A DNA stretch of 64,000 nucleotides from Acidobacteriota bacterium (GTDB lineage Bacteria > Acidobacteriota > UBA6911 > RPQK01 > JACQSY01). The stretch is from contig JACQSY010000015.1 in the NCBI GenBank assembly GCA_016211085.1, positions 12,041 to 76,040 of the forward strand. The letters run 5' to 3'. Positions 50,205-58,660 of the stretch are shown one piece after another (the first letter of the stretch is position 1; each line of letters starts with the position of its first letter). The position numbers and the translations under genes were made by a program. The notes under the pieces are model-generated. The model saw nothing but the letters and a program-made list of their open reading frames with translations. It had not been told where the DNA came from and made no database searches.

Positions 50205-52139
50205 TCAACGTTTCTCAGAACGCAGCTTTTTTAAGTCCGCCAGTTTCTCACGCACTTTCTTGAATTCTTCTCCGTCCTTGGCGAAGAACACAGACTGCTC
50301 GTAGAAATGTAGAGCCTTTTCGTAGTTTCCAAGTTTGGTGTACAGGTCACCCAAGTGATCAAAGATGGTCGGGTCGTTATCGGTCAGTTGAGCTGCACGG
50401 GTAAGATTGATTTCGGCCAATTCCAATTGATTGAGCCTGAAGTAAACCCAGCCGAGACTGTCAAGGTATGCGCCGTTATACGGATCCAGCTCCACAGCCC
50501 TTTTTATGTAGGAAAGTGCTTCATTCAAGCGCACGCCGCGATCGGCCAGCATGTAGCCCAAATAATTCAAGACGCCGTCATGGTCTGCGTTGTGGTCCAA
50601 AATCTTCTTGAAGACTTCTTCAGCGCTTTCGAATTCCTTTTTCCTTTCGAAGACAGCGCCCAGCTGAAACTGCATCCTTTCGCTATCGGGCTTATGAGAG
50701 AGGCCCTCCCGGATAGTTTTTTCTGCGTCACGCAATTTATTGCGGTCCACATAAAGTTGGCTGAGCGCAAGATAAAATTGTTCCTCATCGGGTTTGGCGC
50801 GAATATGTTCTCGCACCACTTCCACAGCCGCGTCGAACCTGTCGGCAGCGGCCAACACCTGAGCGCGGGCAACAGCGACGCTGGCCTCTTGAGGATTCTT
50901 TCTAATCAGTTGTTCACTTGCCGAAAGTGCTTCATCCAGTTTTCCAGCATCCCTCAGAACGTAAACCAGCCGTAATGCAGGCAGGTAATCGTCAGGACTG
51001 TTGCCCTTCATCTGGCGGAAAATTTCTGCCGCTTTGTCAAACTGGCGGGTGGCCTGATACAGCATGCCCAGCTGAGTGCGAAACAAATCACGATTCTGCA
51101 GCTGTCCCGGCGAATACTTTCCGTCGCTCGATTCTGTGATCTTCAGGAGATGATCAAACTTCTCTATGGCTTGAAGACGCTCTCCCAGCTCCGCCAGGAT
51201 TCGGCCCAACTCGTAATTGGCCTCCACGTGATTGGAGTCCACTCGGAGCACCGAATAAAACGCTTCAGCAGCTTCTGAGTACTGCTTATTGTCCCGCAAC
51301 GACTTTCCGAGGTGCAGGTGGATTTCAATATTTTGGAGGTTTTGCGCAGCGAGATCGCGCAGAATGGGTATCGCTTCCCGGTAGCGTTTCTGTTCTGAGA
51401 GAAGCACTCCCAGCTTCGTGCTCACTTCTGCATCTGAGCCGTACTTTAGAGCCCGGCTATAAGTTTCAATCGCCTTCTGGTAATCACGTTTTTCCTCGTA
51501 AACACGGGCCAGGAGCTTCAAATGGTCCAGGTTGCTCTCCCGTAATTTCAACGACCGTTCCAGAGTCTCAATGGCCTGGTCCAGCTCTTTCAACTCGATG
51601 TGGGCCAGCGCCTTGAAGTAATAACCCTGAACTGACGGCTGCAACTCGTTCAAATGGGAAAACAGCTGTTCGGCAACCCGGTAGTTCTTTCTGATGAGTT
51701 GAAGCCTGCCCAGCGAATAAAGTGCCTCATAATGATCCGGTTCCAGTTCCAGAACCCGGCTGAATTCTTCAACCGCCTTGTCCAGCATCCCTTCCTGTCC
51801 ACTTTCACGATAGCCAAAATAGATCTGGCCCAACAGAAAATGGGGTTCCGGATCATTGGGGTTACGTTTTATCGCAGCCTGACATTCTTCGACCGCACGC
51901 CTCAGTTCGCCTGACTCCCAGAGCGTTCGCGCAAATTCCATCCTCAAGTAAGCGCTCTCGGGATCAATCGCGATTGCTTTCTCGAACTGCGCGATCGATT
52001 CTGAGTACTCCTTATGAAAGTCATGCATTTTGGCAAGGCTGAAGTGGTAATAAGCTTTGGCCTTTTCGTCAGCAGCGGCCAGCGTGACGTTACTGACAAG
52101 GACAAGAATCAGCGAAAGCAGAAGCGAAGCGAAATGCAT
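50205..52139 (-). CDS. Exported TPR-repeat protein
   Basis: Signal peptide; many TPRs; C-terminal LNYLGY.LAD...YLDSLGW...DHLGD motif typical of the TPR gene before ispE. Confidence 0.9.
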   Translation of the reverse strand: MHFASLLLSLILVLVSNVTLAAADEKAKAYYHFSLAKMHDFHKEYSESIAQFEKAIAIDPESAYLRMEFARTLWESGELRRAVEECQAAIKRNPNDPEPHFLLGQIYFGYRESGQEGMLDKAVEEFSRVLELEPDHYEALYSLGRLQLIRKNYRVAEQLFSHLNELQPSVQGYYFKALAHIELKELDQAIETLERSLKLRESNLDHLKLLARVYEEKRDYQKAIETYSRALKYGSDAEVSTKLGVLLSEQKRYREAIPILRDLAAQNLQNIEIHLHLGKSLRDNKQYSEAAEAFYSVLRVDSNHVEANYELGRILAELGERLQAIEKFDHLLKITESSDGKYSPGQLQNRDLFRTQLGMLYQATRQFDKAAEIFRQMKGNSPDDYLPALRLVYVLRDAGKLDEALSASEQLIRKNPQEASVAVARAQVLAAADRFDAAVEVVREHIRAKPDEEQFYLALSQLYVDRNKLRDAEKTIREGLSHKPDSERMQFQLGAVFERKKEFESAEEVFKKILDHNADHDGVLNYLGYMLADRGVRLNEALSYIKRAVELDPYNGAYLDSLGWVYFRLNQLELAEINLTRAAQLTDNDPTIFDHLGDLYTKLGNYEKALHFYEQSVFFAKDGEEFKKVREKLADLKKLRSEKR

Positions 52140-52163
52140 GGTAGATATTATGTCACAGACGAA

Positions 52164-54908
52164 TCATTCAACAACTGTAGCCACCCTCTGTGCCGGAACA
52201 ATGGACATGAGTTCGAGGTCATCTGCAAAAAAAAGTTCCAATCCCACCAGAGGTTGGTCCGAAGTGATACGAATGAATCCATCCAACATGGGAGGCAGGT
52301 CGGGAAATAACTCTTTTAGTAGCCGTATCTCCCGGGCTCCGGCAGGAATAGCAAACCTTCGATTGGCCTTCTTTGTTCCCAAGGCGTCAAATACCTCCAT
52401 TGTCACGTCAGCGCTCAAGCCACCCGGATTGACCAAAGCAACTCCCGTAGAAAGTCCTAGGCTTTGTGCCACGTGGGAGAAGACAAAATCTGAAAGAAGG
52501 ACCGGCTGCAGCGGTATTGCCGTCATAGCTTTTCCTGAAAACGCCTGGATCTCGATGTTGCCGGCAATGCCTGTATGACTGCTCTCGACTAAAACCCAAC
52601 CGGAAACTGCCGTGCCGTTGTCAGTTAAACCAAAGAGTTCCGCTATGTCGCGGCGGAGCGACTGACCCGGTTCCATTTCAAGCGTCACTATCGCCAGCTG
52701 CTGTCCCTGATTCCCCTTCAGCGTGAGCTGAACGGACGCTTTTTCGGAGCCTACATAAACCAGGGTTAGAAACGTGTTGGAACCGTTAAAAAGAGCGACC
52801 TGAGGCGCATATTGCGTCTTGTCAAGCCGCGCCCTGGACCCGGTCAGGGGAATGGCATTCAGGCTCGCCAGCCGCTCAGAATCAAAGTATCGCTCAAAGG
52901 CGATCACCCCTTCCCGGCTCTGGAAGACCAGAAAGCCGGATTGAAAGTCCTTGAAAGCATTCTCAGAAAATAGGCCCTCTTGCTTATCATCGGCTGGATT
53001 GGGGTCACGAACCAAAGCAACCAAACTCGCGTTCCCCACCAGCGAACGGTCAATTTCCTCCAGCGTGGTGCCCCCCGAACTTACAAGAGCAATGCTAACG
53101 GTTGTCGGGTTCAAATTGGGATTCACTACTACCACCTCGGTTTGAAATCCGTCAGTCACACGGACTTCCGGCAGTAACAGCTCAGTTCCCGTGAAAAATG
53201 ACGCCAGACCCCCATCGAGGCGCTTTAGAGAATGATCTCCAGTCATGAAAAAGCTGCTGAATCGAGGGCTTTCGATATCGAATTCAGCCCATCCTTGCAG
53301 GCTTTGTCCGGCAGACACGTTAAACAGACCGGCTGCAGTGCGTGCGAGTTGGTTTCCCGGACTCAGGCGAATTCTGACAGGATTGGTAACCTCCACAACC
53401 TCGGGGGTCTCCCGATTGTCCGTGAAAACCGCGCCTTCGATGTCAAACCCCTTCAAGAGAATCTCAGATTCCAAGCCGGAATTGTTAGTTACCGCCACCC
53501 CGGTAAACCACTGGTCGGTCGCAAGCAGGCGAGGTATCACAAAACGTTGAGTTGGCCTCAACAAATCAACCGTGTTGGCGTTGAAATTCAGAACGGTGAT
53601 CACGCTGCCATCAGGCGACAAGGAAACATCAAGCGGCGCCGCGGAGACCGCAAAAGTGACCCCTCCCGAGGTGCGCTCCACAGTCTTGCCCACCTTGACA
53701 GAACGGATGAACTCCCCCGCCCCCATATGAAAGACCAGTAAAACGTCATCAATCGGAGCTGGAATGTAAAGCAAAGAGCCATCTGCGGAGAATACCGGAC
53801 GCGTCGTGGACTTAAAATCCCCGAAAGGAACGCTAAAAACCTTCAACTCCTGCGTGGCAGGCTCAATAAAAACTAGGCTAAGGCCCGTGAGTACCACAAA
53901 TGACTTGCCATTGGGTGTCGTTCCTGAATAAGCCGGCAATCCTCCAATCTCAAAAATTTTCACCACTTCACCCGTTTGCAAATCAAGCATCAGGGCGTGG
54001 TCTGTGGCCAAAGCGGGCACCAAAGCGAACCCCGAGGAGCTATTCTCGCGATCTGTGATAAGACCGAATCTTCCATCGGCTGTAAGCGCGACGCGGTCGG
54101 AGGCAAAGAAATCATGTACCGGTTCATCGGCTTTCACCTCTGGCGCGATGGAAGTGCGTACAGAAAAATTGGCAGTGTCGATGATTTGGACCGAATCAGG
54201 AACCTCACGCCGGTCCACAAAGGGCGAGCCCACCAGGACCGCCGCAAGAAAACTGTAGTCCGCCGCCATGGTCAGCGCACTGGGACGGCTTCCCTCTTCC
54301 AGTTTGAGACGAGGAGTAATCTCAGTGGCGTCGTCCACCCTGAAACGAATGATCTCGTCTGTACCTGAAGAAGCCACAAAGCCTGTCTTGCTGTCCGCTG
54401 AGAAAACAATGTTATTCGCAAAGGAAAAAAGAACGTTGGTCAACTCCAGTGCCTTGACTTGTAGAGTCACTGTTTCAATGACCGTGATGGAGCCAATCAG
54501 TTTCCCCTGATTCCTGCCCGGCTGGGGTAGATTATCGGAAAAGAAGAGCGAAACTACCGCCAGTTTTTTCCCGTCCGGCGTCAAAGTGATTAGCGCGGGG
54601 GTTTTCCCTACCGGGATTAAATGGGTGATGCGACCTGTACTCAGGTCAAAAACCGCCACTTGATCGGATCCTGTGTAACTCACAAAAGCCCTGCCGCTCT
54701 CTGGAGGAATCACGACATTTGGAGAAAAATTCAGGTCCGTGCTCTCCGAAGCTTCCGAAAGCGGGATTGTGTTGATGTCAAACTTGAGTTCCTGTTGCTC
54801 GGCTGATGGATCAACCGTTGCCACAAGTCTTTGAGCGCTGGCTGAAACTCCGGAAAAAAGAAGAAATAGAAATGAGAATGCAAAGCAATAATACATAAAA
54901 GTGCACAC
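52164..54908 (-). CDS. Large secreted protein: YVTN-type beta-propeller plus repeated C-terminal beta domains
   Basis: Signal peptide; IPVGKTP..ITLTPDG, FSADG, LSPDG blades; repeated F/STG(V)xxxN modules. Confidence 0.75.
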   Translation of the reverse strand: MCTFMYYCFAFSFLFLLFSGVSASAQRLVATVDPSAEQQELKFDINTIPLSEASESTDLNFSPNVVIPPESGRAFVSYTGSDQVAVFDLSTGRITHLIPVGKTPALITLTPDGKKLAVVSLFFSDNLPQPGRNQGKLIGSITVIETVTLQVKALELTNVLFSFANNIVFSADSKTGFVASSGTDEIIRFRVDDATEITPRLKLEEGSRPSALTMAADYSFLAAVLVGSPFVDRREVPDSVQIIDTANFSVRTSIAPEVKADEPVHDFFASDRVALTADGRFGLITDRENSSSGFALVPALATDHALMLDLQTGEVVKIFEIGGLPAYSGTTPNGKSFVVLTGLSLVFIEPATQELKVFSVPFGDFKSTTRPVFSADGSLLYIPAPIDDVLLVFHMGAGEFIRSVKVGKTVERTSGGVTFAVSAAPLDVSLSPDGSVITVLNFNANTVDLLRPTQRFVIPRLLATDQWFTGVAVTNNSGLESEILLKGFDIEGAVFTDNRETPEVVEVTNPVRIRLSPGNQLARTAAGLFNVSAGQSLQGWAEFDIESPRFSSFFMTGDHSLKRLDGGLASFFTGTELLLPEVRVTDGFQTEVVVVNPNLNPTTVSIALVSSGGTTLEEIDRSLVGNASLVALVRDPNPADDKQEGLFSENAFKDFQSGFLVFQSREGVIAFERYFDSERLASLNAIPLTGSRARLDKTQYAPQVALFNGSNTFLTLVYVGSEKASVQLTLKGNQGQQLAIVTLEMEPGQSLRRDIAELFGLTDNGTAVSGWVLVESSHTGIAGNIEIQAFSGKAMTAIPLQPVLLSDFVFSHVAQSLGLSTGVALVNPGGLSADVTMEVFDALGTKKANRRFAIPAGAREIRLLKELFPDLPPMLDGFIRITSDQPLVGLELFFADDLELMSIVPAQRVATVVE

Positions 54909-55004
54909 ACTAAAAATTCAATGCAAAAGCTTGATTATACGATGAGTGTCGGATCACTAACAACACGCGGATGAGCTAATAACAACAGGAAAGCTCCACA
55001 GGAG

Positions 55005-55340
55005 TCAAATGCTTTCTGAGATTTGAAATTCGAGTCGTTTAACAAGTACACAATTCCACAACGAATTGATGCTTTGAAGCAGTAATGAACCGAGACTTGC
55101 AAGCTGGTCTTGCCAAACCGGCGATGCCACCGAAAGGATTAGAGTGCCGTTCTGTAATCCGGCAGGAAGGCACTTGCGGGCAACATCCGCCCCTACAATG
55201 CGAGGCCAGAGCTCTTTCAAAAAAATCAGGCTTACTTCTTCATCGGCTGCGATTGAGCTCAAAAAATTTGAAAGAAACGCTCCAATCTTTTCCGGCTGCC
55301 CTGATCGTGCTTCCACGAGTAGATTGTTGGATCTGGTCAT
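55005..55340 (-). CDS. DUF721/DciA-family protein
   Basis: WPRIVG..VA..C.P..L.NGTLILSV.SPVW..QL. Confidence 0.8.
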   Translation of the reverse strand: MTRSNNLLVEARSGQPEKIGAFLSNFLSSIAADEEVSLIFLKELWPRIVGADVARKCLPAGLQNGTLILSVASPVWQDQLASLGSLLLQSINSLWNCVLVKRLEFQISESI

Positions 55341-55343
55341 GGC

Positions 55344-56270
55344 TTAATATGCCCCCGGCGGAAGCTTTGCAGAGAGTTCCTGCTGTTGTCGCAGCAACTC
55401 GGCATTCTCTGGAACTCCGGCTTTCAACTCTATGAAATCGGGTTCAACTTTCTGAATTTTTCCGCCCTCGTCAAAATAAAAACTCAGCTGTCCCAGGTAT
55501 TGACCCTTATCCACCGTGGGTAGAATGATCGCATTGTTCACGCGTTCAGGAGTAGGAATGATAACTCTCTTTTCCGCCAGAAGAATGGCCCTTATTTCAG
55601 GGTGCCGGATGGCCAACTTCGTAGCCGTACCTCGTGAAATTGCCCCCAACAAAACAAGAAAATCCACACGGTCCTTGAGCGACGTCTTGGCCCGGTCCAA
55701 TGCCTCGTCTGGGTCCAGAGCGCTAAAACCCGAATTGGGCTTTACACTGTCAGGACTGCTCAGACCCAGGAATCCAATACGGATATTCTTGCTGAGTTTC
55801 ATTTCAGCTCCCGGGATTTCCAAAACTGTCTGAACAGCCGGGGCCGGGAGCGATTTAGATCGCGGGCCCAGGTTAGTCGAAATGATGACGGTGCGCCTTG
55901 CCGCTTGTGAGAGAGTTTTCCAGTAAAAGAGGTCCTCGGGTGCAAGGTTCAAAACGTGAAGAGGCAAGGCTGAAAGACTTTCCATCATCAACGCGTTCAC
56001 TAGGTCCGCATTCGGGCCGGGGGGCTTCAGATAATTTCCACTATCCACATGAAGCACATAAGCTCCCGTCCTCTTCTCATAATCATGCGCATAGCCGGCT
56101 CGCCGAGCCAGCCCCCCTGTGGGATTATTCTTTCAGCCACATGGTTCAAAATTGCCTGCAATAAAACCGGTGAAGAACAGGGTGAGGATTCGGGGCGGCG
56201 CAGCAGTGGCTTGAAAAAAAATCAGGCCCAACCCCACCAGGGCGAGAAAAATACATCCCGGTCGGCGCAT
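55344..56270 (-). CDS. UshA-like exported selenoprotein (in-frame TGA at 56133-56135 read as Sec46), 308 aa
   Basis: ATG 56270 gives MRRPGCIFLALVGLGLIFFQATAAPPRILTLFFTGFIAGNFEPCG*KNNPTGGLARRA, in frame with the ORF-track 237-aa ORF (LHVDSGN...); CxU motif; hairpin 3' of the TGA. Confidence 0.88.
56094..56135 (-). promoter_or_regulatory. Putative bacterial SECIS element
   Basis: mRNA UGA-AAGAAUAAUCCCACAGGGGG-GCUGGCUC-GGC-GAGCCGGC: 8-bp stem, loop starting with G, about 28 nt after the UGA. Confidence 0.7.
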
Positions 56271-56360
56271 GGGCTCATTTTAGTTGAAGACCGTGTATCA
56301 GTAAACGCGTACGAATCTTGACAAAAGATTTCGACTCGTTAGATAAAATGGGTTGATTCT

Positions 56361-56900
56361 ATGGAACACACGTTGGTTTTAAACGCGAGTTACGAGCCGC
56401 TTCAGATTGTTTCCTGGAAACGGGCCATTCGAATGCTATTCCAGGAAAAAGTGGAAGTCGTAGCAGAATACGATCGTGAAATTCGCAGCGTGACGGTTTC
56501 CATCAAGCTCCCCTCCGTGCTTCGACTTCTCCAATATGCCAGGGTTAAGCGCAATCACCATCAGGTAAAGTTCACGCGTAGCAATCTCTACGCTCGCGAC
56601 GGCTATCGCTGCCAGTACTGCGGCGAACGAGTGGCCCTGAGTGAATTGACCTATGACCATGTCATCCCGGTGGCGCGCGGCGGCGGAAAAACGTGGGAAA
56701 ACATTGTCACCTGCTGCATTCCCTGTAATCGCAGGAAAGGCGATCGAACCCCCGATGAAGCGGGGTTGTCGTTGCTGCGCGAGCCCAAAGCCCCTGCTGG
56801 TTTTCCTCAAAAAGTTCATTTCCTGCTGTACCAAAAGAAAGCTCCGGAAAGCTGGCGCAATTATATTTTTCTAAATGTGGGGCTGTCATTTCAGCTCTAA
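56361..56900 (+). CDS. HNH endonuclease-family protein
   Basis: LVLNASYEPL, RDGYRCQYCG, TYDHVIP..RGG..WENIVTCC..CN..K. Confidence 0.93.
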   Translation: MEHTLVLNASYEPLQIVSWKRAIRMLFQEKVEVVAEYDREIRSVTVSIKLPSVLRLLQYARVKRNHHQVKFTRSNLYARDGYRCQYCGERVALSELTYDHVIPVARGGGKTWENIVTCCIPCNRRKGDRTPDEAGLSLLREPKAPAGFPQKVHFLLYQKKAPESWRNYIFLNVGLSFQL

Positions 56901-57564
56901 ACGGCCGGCATTGGCCGTTTTTGCACGCTATCCCCGCCTGGGAACTGTTAAAACTCGCTTGCTCGGGGTTTTGAAACCTCAAGAGTGCCTGGACTTGCAT
57001 CTTTCCCTTCTTTTGGACACGCTGGAACGAGTCTCCACTATTCCCGGCAGCACAGTTTGGCTGTATCTTTCGGACTGTAGCCCCGACGAAATGGCGTCGT
57101 TTTGCACGTCTTCGCATATCTCGGAAAAGGTCCAGGTGCGGCGTCAGGACGGCCGTGACTTGGGTGAACGGCTTTGCAACGGGCTTGAACAGATGCTCCA
57201 AACCTGCCGGCCTGTCATCTTGCTCGGGAGCGATAGCCCCACCCTTCCGCTCAATTACCTCCGGAAAGCGATCAGAATCCTTAGACAGTCTCCGGTGGTG
57301 CTTGGCCCTACTGAAGATGGTGGTTACTATTTGTTGGGTTTGCAGGATTTTCGAGTCGATTTGTTTCAGGCGATCGCATGGGGCACTTCCGCGGTCCTCC
57401 AGCAGACACTCCAGAACCTGCGGGGACAAAATCCAGTATTGCTGCCGATATGGTACGATGTGGACGTTCCGGACGATTTGACCCGCTTGAAAAGAGATCT
57501 CAGCCGATCATTTGAAGGATATCCACTCCGGACCGCGCACCTCTTGCAAGAACTGGTAAACTGA
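56875..57564 (+). CDS. DUF2064/TIGR04282-family GT-A glycosyltransferase-like protein
   Basis: FARYP..G.VKTRL, Q.G.DLGERL, GSDSP, LGPTEDGGYYLLG, WGT..V, DVD..DDL. Confidence 0.88.
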   Translation: MWGCHFSSKRPALAVFARYPRLGTVKTRLLGVLKPQECLDLHLSLLLDTLERVSTIPGSTVWLYLSDCSPDEMASFCTSSHISEKVQVRRQDGRDLGERLCNGLEQMLQTCRPVILLGSDSPTLPLNYLRKAIRILRQSPVVLGPTEDGGYYLLGLQDFRVDLFQAIAWGTSAVLQQTLQNLRGQNPVLLPIWYDVDVPDDLTRLKRDLSRSFEGYPLRTAHLLQELVN

Positions 57565-57717
57565 AAAACGGGCAGGGCGAATCGCAGCACACCAACCGCC
57601 AAAATTTGATGTTTCCGGCTGAGACTTTTTCTCCACGGACTCATCCTAGAAGTAGGGGAGTAATTTGACTCAACGTGTCCCGCTTTTTAAAATGGACCCA
57701 GCGGGCGACGCAAAAAA

Positions 57718-58611
57718 ATGTCCTTAAAACAAAACGGTTTTGACAACAAACTTCGCGCTTTCGTCGAAAGAATTCTTGCGGTCGAGACAGCCCCATCGAG
57801 GCGTAAATTCGCTGCCGATCCTTTCAACATTTTCGAGGATGATCTTTCGGAACGCCGCCTGCGCCAGATCGCTATTTTCCTGGCCCTTCTTCTTCATTTG
57901 ATTCTGTTTTTGATATACCTGCCGACGCGAAGCCAGGTCTTTATCCCAACTGAGCAAGTGGTGGTCTTGCGCTCTTTGGCCAAGCCAGGTTTGGTGGGGG
58001 GCGGTGGTGGAAGCTCACCTCAAGCAACTCCTCCTAAGCCTGTAAGCCAACCAGAAACCCCGAAAACTCCGGCAACGCTGATACCCATTCCTGATCCAAC
58101 ACCCGATGCTCCCGAAGTCATTCGCAAGAGGGAGATTGAACTACCCAAAGTGATTGAGGAAATCACGGAAAACTTTAACCTTGGAGAAATTAATGCTCCG
58201 GTGGGCTCTCCTGGAAAAGGTGGCAGTGGATCCGGCAGTGGTGCCGGAAGTGGGGTCGGAAGCGGCTCCGGAGGAGGAGCGGGTAGCGGTGAAGGCGGTG
58301 GAGTGGGAGACGGGAGTGGTCCCTACGTGATGGGGAGCGGGATCACCAATCCCGAACTCCTGGTGCAGACCACGCCCAATTATACGGACGAGGCAATCAG
58401 GGCCAAGATCCAGGGGACAGTGTACCTGCAGTGCATCATTCGCAAAGATGGGCGAGTAGACAGCTTTAAGGTCCTGAGGGGGTTAGGTTATGGGCTGGAA
58501 GAAAAAGCCATTCAAGAGATCGCAACCAAATGGAGATTTCGTCCAGGTATGCTCAATGGGCGGCCCGTAGACGTCCTGGCTCACATTGAAGTGAGTTTTA
58601 ACCTTCGCTAA
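57718..58611 (+). CDS. TonB-family energy transducer
   Basis: TM with ALLLH, Pro-rich and Gly/Ser-rich linker, PNYTDEA..AKIQGTV...WRFRPG..NGRPV. Confidence 0.9.
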   Translation: MSLKQNGFDNKLRAFVERILAVETAPSRRKFAADPFNIFEDDLSERRLRQIAIFLALLLHLILFLIYLPTRSQVFIPTEQVVVLRSLAKPGLVGGGGGSSPQATPPKPVSQPETPKTPATLIPIPDPTPDAPEVIRKREIELPKVIEEITENFNLGEINAPVGSPGKGGSGSGSGAGSGVGSGSGGGAGSGEGGGVGDGSGPYVMGSGITNPELLVQTTPNYTDEAIRAKIQGTVYLQCIIRKDGRVDSFKVLRGLGYGLEEKAIQEIATKWRFRPGMLNGRPVDVLAHIEVSFNLR

Positions 58612-58660
58612 ATCCTCTAAATTTGCAACAATCTATTCCCGCAACAACAGGGAGTCCACT

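Noticed and set aside
56361-56900. HNH gene as a homing endonuclease, IscB or defence nuclease
   Set aside because: No RuvC motifs, intron context, methylase or flanking repeats; resembles the common stand-alone HNH family
58219-58320. GGN-AGY tandem low-complexity DNA
   Set aside because: Explained by the Gly/Ser linker of TonB
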